This document shows, one piece after another, positions 11,080 through 23,550 of a stretch of DNA of 64,000 bases; within the stretch, counting starts at the first letter, position 1, and the number at the start of each line of letters is the position of its first letter. The notes beneath the pieces are model-generated. The model was not told where the DNA came from and made no database searches. It saw only the letters and a list, made by a program, of their open reading frames with translations. Made by a program: the position numbers and the translations under genes. The DNA lies in contig NC_081396.1 in assembly GCF_030684315.1 (NCBI RefSeq), positions 5,828,001 through 5,892,000 of the forward strand. The letters are read 5' to 3'. This DNA comes from Stegostoma tigrinum (Eukaryota).

Positions 11080-13170
11080 AAAGCATCTCAAAGATCTGCA
11101 AAGGAGAATGATAGCAGGAATGAGGGATTTTAGATACAGGGCAAGATTAGGGAAACTGGACTAACTCTGCTTGGAGCAAAGAAGATTAAAAGGTGACTTT
11201 ATTGATGTGTTTGCAGTTTCGACAGGGTAAAGAAAGATTTTCTACCAGTTGGTATGTTATCCCTGCGATTGGCAGCAAGAGAGCTAAGAGTGAGATGAGG
11301 AGAAACCTCCTTCCTGAGAAAGTTGTTAGGATCTGAAATGGGCTGTGGAGCGTGATGGAGGCTGTTTCCACTGGAGGATATATAGTCACACAGGATGGAA
11401 ACAGACCCTTTGGTCCAACCAGTCCATGCTGAACATAATCCCACACAAAACTTGTCCCAACTGCTTGCTGCTGGCCCATATCCCTCCAAACCTTACCCAT
11501 TCACATACTTATCCAAAGGTCTTTTAAATGTTGTAATTGTTCCCACATCCACCACTTCCTCAGGAAGACCACTCTACACTCGAACCATCCTCTGTGTAAA
11601 ACATTTGCCTCCCATGTCTTTTTTAAACCACTCTCCTCCACCCTTATAAATGTGCCACCTCATCTTGAAATCCCCCATCCTAAGGACAAGACAACTACCA
11701 TTAACTCTGCCTATACCTCTCATTATTTTATGAACTTCAATACGGTTACCTCCTAGGCTCCAGTGAAAAACGTCCCAGCCTATCCAACCTTATTTGAAAG
11801 TGACGAATTTAGAAGGCTATGGAATAATAATCTTTGATGTGGCACCTTAAAATGCCTTCTCGAAATCCAAGTACACCAGAATACACTTTATCTACCTTGC
11901 TCATTACTTGCCAAAAAATTCTAATGAATGAGTTAAACGTGGCTTTCCTTCCTTCCTTAAAATCATGTCAATGCTGCCTGATCACACAATGACTTTCCAA
12001 GTATCCTGCTGTAGCCTCCTGAATGGTGAATTTTGCAATTTCCTGATAAGAGTTTTGGGCTAACTGGAAGATAGTTTCCTCTGTTCTGTCTGCCTCCTAA
12101 ATTAATGGTGTCATACCAGATATTCTCCAATCCACTGGGACCTTTCCGGAATATAAGAAATTTTGGAAAATTCTCACCAATGTCTCTTGTATCTCTGCTG
12201 TCACCTTTTTCAAGACCATAGGATACAGGCAGTTTGATCCAGGGGGTGGTGCATTTGTCTTCATTGTTCAGAACATTGAGTGTACAAGTTGGGATGCAAT
12301 GTTGTGGCTTTACAGGCCACTTTTGGAATACTGCATTCAGTTCTGGCCTCCCTGCTTTAGGAAAGATGTTGTTAAACTTGAAACAGTTCAAAAAATATTT
12401 AGAAGGATGTTGCCAGGGTTGGAGGGTTTGCGTTACGGGGAGAAACTGATAGCTTAGATTCCCTACAGTGTGGAGACAGGCCCTTCAGCCCAACAAGTCC
12501 ACACTGCCCCTTGATATATCCCACCCAGACCCATCCCCCTATAACCCACGCACCCCTGAACACTATGGGCAATTTTTAGCATAGCCAATCCACCTAGCCT
12601 GCACACCTTTGGACTGCGGGAGGAAACTGGAGCACCCGGAGGAAACCCACACAGACACAGGGAGAATGTGCAAACTCCGCACAGACAGTCGCCCAAGGCT
12701 GGAATCGAACCCAGGTCCCTGGTGCTGTGAGGCTGCAGTGCTAACCACTGAGCCACCCTGCTGCCCCAAATAGGCTGGGCCATTTTCCCTGGAGTGTTGG
12801 AGGCTGAGGAGTGACCTTGCAGAGGTTTATAAAATCGTGAGGGACATGGATGGGTTGAACAGCCAAGGTCTTTTTTCCTAAGGTAGGTGTGTCCAAAACT
12901 AGGAGCATATTTTTAAGGTGAGAGGGGAAAGATTTAAAAGGAACCTCAGTGGCAACTTTTTCACACAGAAGGTGTTGTTTGTAGGGAATGGACGGCCAGA
13001 GGAAGTGGTGGAGGTGGGTACCGTTACAACATTTAAAAGGCATCTGGATGGGTGCACAAAGAGGAAAGGTTTAGAGGGATATGGGCCAAATGGGACTGTA
13101 CTAATTTAGGATATCTGGATGGCAAGGATGAGTTAGGCTGAAGGATCTGTTTCCAAGCAATGCATGGTTC
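11080..13170. mobile_element. Mosaic of CR1 fragments on both strands (+ 11080-11370, - 11385-12220, + 12240-13170)
   Basis: CR1 3' motifs such as aggccacttttggaatactgc, gctgaggagtgaccttgcagaggtttataaaatc and gagggatatgggccaaatg. The last fragment is split by the SINE at 12459. Confidence 0.7.
12459..12768 (-). mobile_element. HE1-like V-SINE, near full length, nested in CR1
   Basis: Reverse of gggcagcagggtggctcagtggttagc..gggttcgattccagcc..V-domain..tccacactgtagggaatcta. Confidence 0.9.
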
Positions 13171-13409
13171 TTAGACTTTGAATTGAATATTTTTCCCAGT
13201 GCCTTTCCCCGATGATCATTTCTAAGTCTTCTACTGTGAAGACTGACACAAAATATCTGTACAACACCTCTGCTATTTCCTCATTTTCAATTATCAAATT
13301 TCTCTGTAGCAGGCCAACATGAGTTTTAGCTAATGTAAAAGTGGCTTTATTTTATTTCCTGTATCATTCATTGAGAACTGAAATAGCAACCAAAATGTTT
13401 TAAAACCAA

Positions 13410-13940
13410 TTTTTTTTTATATTCATTCACATGATGAGGGTGTCACAGAGCTTGGCCAGCATTTATTGTCCATCTCTAATTGCCAGAGGACAGCACATCC
13501 TGATTGGATGGGAGCAGGCCATTCAGCCCATCGACGTCACACCAACCCTCCAAAGAGCATCCCACCCAGATCCACTCCATACCCAGCCTGCACAACTCTG
13601 GACACCTTAGTATGACCAATCCACCCTAACCTGCATATTTTTGGACAGTGGGAGGAAACCCACGCAGACATGGTGAGAACGTGCAAACTCCACACAGTCA
13701 GTCACCTGAGGCTAGAATCAAACCTGGTTCCCCGGAGCTATGAGGCAGCAGAGCTGATCAGTGAGCCACTATGCTGCCCTGTGACAGTTTAGAGTCAACC
13801 AAATCGTGGTGGATCGGGCCAGACTAGGTAAGGATGGCAGTTTCCTTCTCTGAAGGACATGAATGAAGACTTTTATTTTCTAACAATCAACAATGGATTC
13901 ATGGTCATCATTAGACTCCTAATTCCAGACTTTTATTTTG
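13410..13940 (-). mobile_element. SacSINE/Deu-SINE-like tRNA SINE interrupted by an HE1-like SINE (~13510-13780)
   Basis: Tail ccagcatttattgtccatctctaattgcc resumes at agagtcaacc..ggtaaggatggcagtttcctt after the HE1 copy. Confidence 0.65.
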
Positions 13941-14089
13941 GAACAAATTAAAAAACAAATTACTGAAACTCGTTTCCATGACCAGCAGTCACAACACATC
14001 ACCTTCCCTGCCATCTTCATTGGTCTTAATTAATGATTTTATTCATTAAATTTTACTTACTATCTGTAGTTTTGCATCTACTTAAAGTC

Positions 14090-15220
14090 AGAGAATCAAA
14101 GAGCATGGAAACAGACCCTTCGGTCCAAACTCATATGGCCAGATATCCAAAATAAATCTGTTCCCATTTGCCAGCAATTGGCACATATCCCTCTAAACTC
14201 TTTCTATTCATGTACCTGTCCAGAAGCCTTTTAAGTGTTGTAATTGTACCAACTACCTCTGGCAGTTCATTCCGTACACGCACCACCTTCTGCATGAAAA
14301 GCTTTGCCCCTTATGTCTCTTTTAAACCTTTCTCACCTTAAATCCATATCCCCTAGTTTTGGATGCCCCTACTTTCGGAAAAAAATACCTTGGCTATTCA
14401 CCCTATCCATGTATCCCGTGATTTTATAATCTTCTAGAAGGTCATCCCTCAACTTCCTGTGCTCCAGGCAAAAAAGTCCCAGTCTATTACTATCTCCAGT
14501 TTAATTATATCCTTCCCATAACAGGGCAACCACAATTGCACACAGTGCTTCAGAAAAAGCCTCATCAACATCCTGTACAATCTAAATATGATGCCCCAAC
14601 TCCTTTTTTCAATGATAGCAAGCATGCTAAACACCTTCTGAATCACCCTGTCTGCCTGTGACGCAAATTTCAAAGAATTATGTACCTGAACCCCTGGGTC
14701 TCTATTCTATAGTGCCCTACCATTAATTGCATCAGTCCTCTCCAATACCTCGCATTTATAGAATCCCTACAGTGTGGAAACAGGTTCCTTCGGCCCAACG
14801 AATCCACACCGAACCACAGAGCATCCCATGCAGACTCATCCCCCTATGACTCACCTAATCGCGGGCAATTTAGCATGGCCAATTTACTTCACCTGCACAT
14901 GTTTGGACTGTGAGAGGAAACTGGAGCACCCAGAGGAAACCCACGCAGACACGGGGAGAATGTGCAAACTCCACAGACAGTGCCCAAGGCTGGAATCAAA
15001 CCCGGGTCCCTGGTGCTGTGAGGCAGCAGTGCTAACCACTGAGCCACTCTGCCGCCCACCAGCAAATTAAACTCCATCTGCCATTCCTCATTGCATTGAC
15101 CCAATCGATAAAGATCTCTTTGTAATCTTAGAAAACCTTCTTCACTGTCCACCTTATCACCAATTTTGGTGTCATCCGCTAACTTACTGATGATGCCTTC
15201 TATATTCTCATTTAAATTGC
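14090..15220 (-). mobile_element. CR1 fragment interrupted by an HE1-like SINE (~14760-15060)
   Basis: ORF 14449-14673 LYRMLMRLFLKHCVQLWLP, ORF 14889-15152 RLQRDL..WQMEFN fused to SINE sequence. Confidence 0.8.
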
Positions 15221-15460
15221 ATGGTCATGAGCTTCAAGTTCCTAGGTGTAAATATCACTAACAATCTGTCTTGGTCCACAATGTGTTTGAGCAATGTTTA
15301 TAGATGCATCATAGAAACCATCCTGTCCAGATGGATCATAGATTTACATGGTAACTCTTCTGCTCAAGACCACAAGAAATTACAGAGGGTTATTCACTCA
15401 ACACAGTCCATCACACAAACCAGCCTTCCATCCATTTATTCTGTCAATACTCTCTTCATC
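15221..15460 (+). mobile_element. Rex1/Babar-clade LINE ORF fragment
   Basis: SFKFLGVNITNNLSWS..YRCIIETIL..GNSSAQDHKKLQRVI..AQ-like..LPSI motif. Confidence 0.7.
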
Positions 15461-15639
15461 CTCAGGATCATTCCTGTGAAACTCCTCTGGACTTCCTCCA
15501 AGATTGATCCTGAGAATGAAGGGCTCTCAGTCTGTACTCGGTGCAGTTAGAAGGATGAAAGTGGAATCTCAATGAAATTTGCAGAAAACTGATAAGTACA
15601 GAATATTGTGAGCAGTTTTGGACTCTGTATTTCTCAATA

Positions 15640-16230
15640 TTCCTCATGTGGTCTGACCAGAGCCTTAGACAGCCTCAACAGTAAAACTCTGCTCTTGTAT
15701 GCTCGCCCAATTTCATTTGCCTTCCAAACTGTCAACTGAACCTGCATCTTAACCTGAAGAGAATCCAGAACTAGGTCTCCCAAGTCTCTTTGTTCTCAGA
15801 TTTCTGAAGCCTTTCCCCAGTTAGAAAATAGTCTACGCCTCTGTTCTTCCTACCAAAGTGCATAACATCGCACTTACCAAAATTGTATTCCATCTGCCAC
15901 TTCTTTGTCAACTCTCTTAGCCTGTCTACGTCCTTCTTCAACCTCCTCACTTCTTCAACACGACCTGTCCCTCAAATTATATTTGCGTCATTTCCAAACT
16001 TAACAACAATTCCCCCAGTTCCTTTGTCCAAATCATTCATGTATAACGTGAATAGTCTGTGGTCCCAACCCTGACTCCTGTGGAACCCCACTCGTCACCT
16101 GCTGCCATACTAATAAAGACCCCTTTATCCCTGCTGTCTGCCTTCTGCCAGTCAGCCAATCCTTTATCCATGCCATTACCTTGCTCCTAACACCACGGAC
16201 TCTTACTTACCAGCCTCCCACGCAGCATCT
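15640..16230 (-). mobile_element. CR1 RT-region fragment
   Basis: Reverse-strand remnants such as cagatggaatacaattttggtaagtgcgatgttatgcactttgg (WQMEYNxxKCxVMHFG). Confidence 0.65.
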
Positions 16231-16312
16231 TGTTAAAAGTTTTGCAGATTTAGGAACACTGGAGGAGTGAAGAGGAATGGTGCTGAGATGGAGCTGGCAG
16301 TTGTCAGTGAAC

Positions 16313-16650
16313 ATAGAATCCCCACAGTGTGGAAGCAGGCCATTTAACCCAACAAGTCCACGCCGATCCTCCGAAGAGCATCCCATGCAGATCCACCACC
16401 CCCAACTTATCCCTGCATTTCCCATGGCTAACCCAGCTAGCCTGCACATCCTGTGGGCAATGTAGCATGGCCAGACCACCCCTAGCCTGCACATGTCTGG
16501 ACTGTGGGGGGAAAACCAGAGCACCTGGGGGAAAGCCATGCTGACACAAGGAGAATGTGCAAACTCCACACAGATGCCCGATGGTGGAAGTGAACCCAAG
16601 TCCCTGGGGCAGTGAGGTAGCGGTAGTAACCACTCAGCCACCACGCCACA
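16313..16650 (-). mobile_element. HE1-like V-SINE
   Basis: Reverse tail atagaatccccacagtgtggaa and V-domain. Confidence 0.75.
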
Positions 16651-17186
16651 GAGGGAAGATATTGGGTGGGATGTTAGAGCTGGAGCAATTTATTGAGGGG
16701 TGTCAGTGCAGGAGGTAGTGACAGAAGTCAGGAGAAGTGTTGGAGCTGGAGGAGATTATTAAGATAGTGTGCTGTGTTGGGGGCTGGAAGAGGTTGCAGA
16801 GCTAGGGAGGAATGTAGCTGCTGCAGGTGGTAACTGAGATAGCAAAGGGCAGTGACTAATGATAATCTTCAGCTCCCTCACTGAGCAGCTTTTCTCAGCC
16901 ATTGGTGATCACAAGTATGTGGACTATAATGACAGATGTTTACTGGGTATTACCAAGGGATTGCACAAAGAATCCTGACAGTCTCTTCACTGCCCATTAC
17001 CCTATCTACGTCTGGAACTCCTTTATGAATTCTGAAGTATCAACATATTCTGAACTCAGAAAAGCGAGGGATTTTGTAACTCCCTGTTTGATCATGGTGG
17101 CCCCTTGAACTGGATACATCAAAGGGTGACCTCAGAGAGAAAGTGTGACCGTCACAGTGCGAGATCAGACATCACAATAGGTTTGA

Positions 17187-17498
17187 GGGTGGCACGGTGG
17201 CTCAGTGGTTAGCAGTGCAGCCTCACAGCGCCAGGGACCCGGGTTCGATTCCAGCCTCGGGTAACAGTGCGGAGTTTGCACATTCTCCCCATGTCTGCGT
17301 GGGTTTCCTCCGGGTCCTCCAGTTTCCTCCCACAGCCCAAAGATGTGCAGGCTACGTGGATCGGCCACAGGACACTGCCCGCAGTGTTCAGGGGTGTGAA
17401 GGTTGTAGGGGGATGGGATGCTCCAAAGGTCGGTGTGGACTTGTTGGGCCAAAGGGCCTGTTTCCACACTGTAGGGAATCTAATCTAATCTAATCTAA
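17187..17498 (+). mobile_element. Full-length HE1-like V-SINE with (TCTAA)n tail
   Basis: A box tggctcagtgg, B box ggttcgattcc, V-domain, CR1-like 3' end and aatctaatctaatctaatctaa tail. Confidence 0.92.
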
Positions 17499-17949
17499 AC
17501 TGGTTTTATCTGAGGGATGGGGCTGCACAAGTAAACACAGGGAAGGGAAGGTCACTGCACTGACCATGCCTCTGGCTGATCTGTCTAGGAGTGAATGTGA
17601 TCAAAGAGAAGATCGAAACAGCTTCACTTTACAAAGGTAACACCATGCTATGAAAGAACTTCAGGGAAGTGATCAGAAGAAAATGGTGAGGTTTGAAAGG
17701 TTAGCCTAAAATTCTTCCTCGTGCACAGGCTGGTGGTTTGGGATGGAGGGGGTCAGAAATGGAGAATTGGTGCTCCAGAGATTTATTCTCAGGAAGTTGA
17801 GAAATTATGTAAACTGGAAAAATAGCCAGAATTATTTCTTAATGTGGATCAGAAATTTCAATCCCAAATGTCATTCTCCTCCTCTCACCTGGCCAATACC
17901 TACATTGGTGAAGGATGATGCAGGGATCAGGAACGATGTAATTGCTGTC

Positions 17950-18545
17950 AGAGTCTACAATGATAGGGAGGGCTGTATATGCTGGAGGATGAAGCAGAGA
18001 TGGGGAGAGTTGCAGGGATTGGAAATACCAAAGTTAGGGAGAGTTGCAAGGATTGGAGGAGTTGACAAAGATAGGGAGGGGTGTAGGCACTGGAGTAAGA
18101 TCCACAGATATGGAGAGGTGCAAGGGAGGGAAGAAGTTGCAGAGGTACAGGGGGCTGGAGGAAGTCACAGAGACAGGAGGGCTGTAGGGGCTGCAGGAGT
18201 TTACAAAGATAGATAGGGAGGTTTGTAGGTTCCACAGTTAGGTATGGATAAACTTTTGGAGGAGCTTACAGAGATAGGGACTGTAGGGACAGGAGGAGGC
18301 TACAGAGTTAGGGAGGGCTGTACAGGCTGGGGGTGTGACAGAGGTAGGGAGAGATGTAGGTGTAGGGGATGGAAGGCGTTACAGAGACACAAAGTAATGG
18401 AGATGGTTTCACATATTGGGAGGAATGTAGCTGCTGGAGGATGACAGACAGGAGGGATGTGGAGACTGAAACAGATTACAGGGACAGTCAGGGATGCAGG
18501 AGCTGGAGGAGACGACAGAGATAGAGTGTAGGGGCTGGAGGTGTT
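17950..18545. repeat. Degenerate purine-rich ~35-bp minisatellite (gggctggaggaggttacagagatagggaggggtgta-like)
   Basis: Recurring ggctggagg..acagagataggg units. Similar decayed array at ~16660-16850. Confidence 0.65.
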
Positions 18546-19789
18546 TCCAGAGATAATGTGAAAACCAACACACTGCTTCTGGTTGATGCCAACCAGTGAG
18601 TGTATAGATGAGAAATAAGACGGGCCAAGGATAGCTCTTTGGATGGACACCAATTACAAGGTCTTTGCAGACACTGTGGAATCAACGTTTTTTTTTATTA
18701 TGAGGGTTTGAGGGACCATATCAGAAGAGTGAATTGTTAACTCTCACAGAAGAAAAACTCGAGAAAGCTGTGGGATCAGGACTCAGACAAGGAGGAACAG
18801 GCAGTTTGACCCAATGAGCTAGTGGAAGGAGGGGAGCAGCAGAGACGGCTAATCAGTTTGTCTCAACCTTACTCGGGACAATGCTCCTCGAGACACAGAG
18901 ATGTACAGCATGGAAACAGACCCCTTAATACAACTCGCCTGTGCCAACCAGATATCCTAAATTAACCGAATCCCATTTGCCAACATTTGGCACATTTCCC
19001 TCTAAGCCCCTTCCTATTCATGTATCCATCCACATGCCTTTCAAATGTACTGGCCTCCACCACTTCTCCTGGCACCTCATTCCACGCACACACTATCTTA
19101 TTTGCTCTTCGGATCCTTTCAAATCCATCCCCTGTCACATTAAACCTATGCGCCCTCGTTTTGGACTCCCCTCCCATGGGGAAAAGAGCTCCTCACACTT
19201 GTTGTTGGAGGAGAGAGAGAGATAGCTTTCAAAAGGGGCTCACTTGTATTAGAGACGTTAGGAAGACTCAACATGCTGGGTTTAAAGCAAAGCTAATTCA
19301 CACGATTTTTATTCTGAATGTTCACACATGTTCTGGAATTTACTAGCATCAGTCAAAAGACCCAGTGAAACATGGATGTGTCCAGCACGTGATTAACAGC
19401 AAATCCAACTTCTGCAGTTGCGAATGAACTCGCTGGTCTCTCACAAGGTGGTGTGTCAGTTCCCGGGAACTTACAAAAGACTTCCTGCAATCTGTGCACT
19501 TACAGGGTTTCCGTTCAATGAGCAAATCTTCCCTCACTCAGAGCAAGTGAGCAGCCTCTCCGCAGTGTGAGCTCACTGATATTTATAGTGAGGGTAGATG
19601 ATGGCTGAGCCCAGCCCTGTGGAGAGAGCACCTGGATGGTCTCTCCGCAGTGCGAACACATCAAACAGAAATCATAAATCACAGATTTCTACCGCACTCT
19701 CCTAATATTGGGTTGCAAAAATTCTCTCCCTAATGTGAACTCACTGGTGTGTCTCTAGGACAGGTCACTGAGTGAGTTCCTTCCCAAAC

Positions 19790-20746
19790 TCAGAACAACT
19801 TGTCCGCAGAATGAATATGCTGGTGCTTGGTGAGTTGAGACTGTTGCCTGAACTCAGTTCCACAGATGGAGCACCCGAACGGTCTCCCATCCGTGTGGAC
19901 ACGTTGATGGGACATCACCTCCGTGGGGCTTTTGAAGGGCTTGCCGCAGACCAGGCATTTGAACGGCCTGTCCTCCCTATGAACTCGCTGGTGGTTTAGC
20001 AGGGTAGATAAGCGAGTGAATGTGTTCCCACACTCCGCGCAGGAGAAGGGCCTCTCCCCGGTGTGAATTCGCTGGTGCTCAGTGAGGGCCGATGACCACT
20101 TGAACCCAGTGCCGCAGTGAGAGCACCGGAACGGCCTTTCTTCGGTGTGAACACGCTGGTGGAGTATCAGCTCCCCAGAACTTTTGAAGCCCTTCCGACA
20201 GTCCGGGCATTTGAATGGTCTCTCTTCAGAGTGAACCCGTTGATGGGACATCAGATCCCTGGAACTCTTAAAACACTTCCTGCAGTCTGGGCATTTGAAA
20301 GGCCTCTCTTCAGTGTGAACACGTTGATGGGACATGAGATTTCCAGAGCTTTTGTAGCTCTTTCCGCAATCCAGGCAGTTGAAAGGTCTGTCCTCGGTGT
20401 GAACTCGCTGGTGGCGTGTCAGTTCCCCGGAACTTTTAAAAGACTTCCTGCAGGCCGTGCACTTAAAGGGTTTCCAGTCAGTGTGAACACGCTGATGAGA
20501 TGTCAGACTGCCGGAGCTTTTGAAGCACTTCCCACAGTCTGCGCATTTAAAAGGCCTCTCCTCGGTGTGAATGAGACAGTGCCTTAACAGACTGGACGAC
20601 TGAGTGAACCCCTTCCCGCACTCAGTGCAGGTGAACAGTCTCTCCCCCGTGTGACTCCGTCGGTGAGTTTCCAGCTCGGTCAAGTTAAAAGGAATCCTGC
20701 CCCACAGTCCATGCATTTCCAGGGTTTCACTCCAGGGCGACCGCAT
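19790..20746 (-). CDS. C2H2 zinc-finger protein, 10 intact fingers; first finger frameshifted (gene or young pseudogene)
   Basis: 318-aa ORF. The family-type ATG at 20844 ([20 protein letters not shown]) hits a stop after a +2 frameshift near 20680-20690. Acceptor at ~20909. Confidence 0.65.
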   Translation of the reverse strand: MRSPWSETLEMHGLWGRIPFNLTELETHRRSHTGERLFTCTECGKGFTQSSSLLRHCLIHTEERPFKCADCGKCFKSSGSLTSHQRVHTDWKPFKCTACRKSFKSSGELTRHQRVHTEDRPFNCLDCGKSYKSSGNLMSHQRVHTEERPFKCPDCRKCFKSSRDLMSHQRVHSEERPFKCPDCRKGFKSSGELILHQRVHTEERPFRCSHCGTGFKWSSALTEHQRIHTGERPFSCAECGNTFTRLSTLLNHQRVHREDRPFKCLVCGKPFKSPTEVMSHQRVHTDGRPFGCSICGTEFRQQSQLTKHQHIHSADKLF

Positions 20747-21283
20747 GTGTGGTCCTTGAGGTCAGATTCTTGGCAGAAGTCTTGCCCACTCACAGGGATT
20801 GTGCAGGCTTCCGCCCCAGTGTGAGTGATGCTTACTCCTTCCATGTTCAGAATCCGATCACCTCTTCAGGTTGTTAGTTGAGAGTTGGCCAACTCCATCT
20901 GCGATAACCTTGTGAAATTGATTTGAAACAAAAGTAAAGGAATTAAAAACCCGTAAACAAAAGTAGGTTTAATAACCAGGGGGTGTGGAATCAGGGAAAA
21001 GTGACAATGAAAACTGCTGTATATTGTGATTGAAAGCCCAAGCAAGCAGACTCTCGGCCACCGGGGAAGGGCTCAGAGCCTAGTCCCTGTCAGCCCGCCC
21101 TCAACATGATCCACAAAACTGGCATATACTCAGGGCCTGTTTTTGGGAACAGCCTTGGTGCAATAAGTGCCTCCATTCCACACTCTCTCCACCCCCCATC
21201 CTCTTTCCATCGCTTCCTTTCTCATTCACATCCTTCCTCCCTTCTACGCCTCTCCCTCTCTCCCTCCTCTCTCAGTCACTCAC

Positions 21284-21390
21284 TCAGTTCCCGAAGCGGC
21301 TCCGGTTCTGATCGATGCGGAACTGCGCATGCTCCAAGGGGAGCCCGAAGCGCGGCTCCTGCGCACTCGGCTCCTCTCCAGTCTCCTGCA
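21284..21390 (-). promoter_or_regulatory. Putative promoter/first exon of the 19.8-20.8 kb ZNF
   Basis: CpG patch with NRF1-like TGCGCATGC. Minus-strand donor GTGAGT at 21283-21278. Confidence 0.5.
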
Positions 21391-21414
21391 AATGCCTGGG
21401 GTAGCAGAGTGAGC

Positions 21415-21503
21415 AACAAAAAGCAGGAATTGCTGCAGATGCAGCGCCAAGTCTGTGAGAGAAGACAGGGGCAACTTTTCAGGTCCACTGACCCTTGTTC
21501 ACA
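21415..21503 (-). mobile_element. Decayed Penelope-like terminus (family B)
   Basis: aacaaaaagcaggaattgctg..tctgtgagaga..ttcaggtccactgacccttgttca resembles the 41516 and 52120 copies. Confidence 0.55.
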
Positions 21504-21559
21504 AAAGTAAAATCAATATCCCAAAGGCCAGCACAGGTGAATGAGTAGAATTGATAGCA

Positions 21560-22350
21560 GTGATTTTTACATACATGGCAAGATTAGTGAAACAGGAATT
21601 GGAGCAGAGATTAAAAGGTGACCCTATTGATGTGTTCAGAATTTTGACAGGGTAAAGAAGGATATTCTGTTCCTATAATTTCTATATTCTGTTTATAAAA
21701 TCACTGGGGATATAGATAAGGTCAATGGCAAGTGTCTTTTTCATAAATTGGGGGAATCTTACGACTAGGCAGCATATTTTTAAAGTTAGAGGAGAAAGAT
21801 TGTAAAAAGACATGGGGGCAGATTTTTTTTATGCAAAGAGTAATTTGTGTATAGAATAAGCTTCCAGCAGAAGTAGTGGATGTGGGTATATAACATTTAA
21901 AAGATATTTGGATATGTACGTGAATAGAAAAGGTTTGGAGGGATATGGGTCAAGTTCATGGAGGTGGGATTAATTTAGTTTGAGATTATGGTCAGCACGG
22001 ACTGGTTGCACTGAAGGGTCTGCTTCTGTGCTGTACGATTCTACAGGTCAGGATGTCAGTCCCTGGGAGTCACAATTTCCCTATTGTCAGCAAGGGACCT
22101 AAGAGGGAGATGAGGAGAAACCTCTTTTCTCAGAAAGTTGTTAGGATTTGGGATGCACTGCCTGGGAGAGTGGTGGAGGCAGATTCCACAGGAGGTTTTA
22201 AAAGAGAGCTGGATATACATTTGAAAGGGACAAATTTAGAGGGCTTCAGCAACAGGGTTGGGGAGTGGGAATAGCTGGGCAGCTCTTTAAGGAGCTGGTG
22301 CACATTCAATGGGCTGAATGCCTCCTTCTGTCCCATAGAATTTCTCTGAT
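21560..22350 (+). mobile_element. CR1 3' fragments
   Basis: ORF 22053-22274 MRRNLFSQKVVRIWDALP..FKRELD. 3' tail motifs present. Confidence 0.7.
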
Positions 22351-22364
22351 TCTCATTTTCCATG

Positions 22365-22765
22365 TGGGGACCCATCAGAACTCAATATAGAGTTCAATAA
22401 TTTTAAATCGGGAATGCATTTTCCATGCCCTTTCCCCATACCTTAGGCCCTGTCATGACATGAATTGCTTTCAGCTCAGTCAACCCATTTTTACTTTCTT
22501 ACGGTTACCCTGTGATCTGCTTTTCTGTCTCCTCAGCAAGCTATTATCTATTCCATTGACTCCCTAACTGTCAATCTCCCTCTCTCTCTCTCCCTCCCTC
22601 CCCCTCCCACTATTCCCCCTCCCGATCTCCAGCATATATCCCTCCATTTCCTAGCTACTATCAGATATGAAGAAGGGCCATCGGAATCAAAACATTACAT
22701 CTGCTTATCTCTACAGATACTGTTAGGCCTAATGAGTCTCTCCAGCAATTCCTGTGTCTGAGGAC
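22365..22765 (+). mobile_element. Old Penelope-like 3' end (family B)
   Basis: ctcaatatagagttcaataatttt as at 97-120. Decayed core atgaagaagggcc and terminus acagatactg..ctccagcaattcctg. Confidence 0.5.
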
Positions 22766-23104
22766 ATTCACATCCACAGGGAATGCTGGGTAATAGTAGC
22801 ACCACTGGAGTCAAATAGAGTCACAGAGCACTGCACCAAAAAGGCCATTCAGCCCATCGAGTCAAAAACCAACACCTAATTATTCAGCCCATTCTTCCAG
22901 CACTTGACCCATGTCCTGTTTGGCTTAGAAGTGCTTCTAAGTATCTTTTAAATGTGAAGAGGGCTCCTGCCTCTCCCACTCTTTCAGATTCCTACCATAG
23001 TCTGAGCAAAAAGCAATACCCTCACACCCTCCTCAAAACATCCTGCCCCCTTGTTGAAATGTTGAATGGAAAATAATATCATTATCTAATTGAAATAAAT
23101 GAGC

Positions 23105-23550
23105 AGGGTGACATGTCGGCTCAGTGGTTAGTAATGCTGCCTCATAGTGCCAGGAATGGGTGTTTAATTCCACCCTCTGGTAACTGTGTGGAATTTGCAT
23201 ATTCTCCTCGTGTCCATGTGCGTTTCTTCAGGATGCTCTGGTATCCTCCCACAGTCAAAGATATGCAGGCTAGGTGGATTAAACATAGGAAATGCAGCAT
23301 TACAGGGTTACAGTGTGTCTGGGTGGGATGCTGAAGTTTCTTTCCCTAAAGGATATTCGTAAACCAGATGGGTTTTTTCAACAATCTACAATGATTTTCT
23401 GGCCATCATTAGACTCTTAATTCCCAATTTTTATTGAATTCAAATTCCCTCATCTGCTGTGAGCAGGATTTGAACCCAGGTCCTCAGAACATTAGCTGGG
23501 GTTTCTGGATTAACAGTCTAGTGAAAGTACGACTAGGCCATAGTCTCCCC
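23105..23550. mobile_element. HE1-like SINE (+, 23105-23330) abutting a SacSINE-like SINE (-, 23335-23550)
   Basis: V-domain on the plus strand. Reverse ggcctagt..ctgttaatccaga..gggttcaaatcc on the minus strand. Confidence 0.65.

Noticed and set aside
17187-17260. tRNA-like A/B boxes, here and in other SINE heads
   Set aside because: They continue into SINE bodies and tails and show no complete cloverleaf, so they are not tRNA genes.
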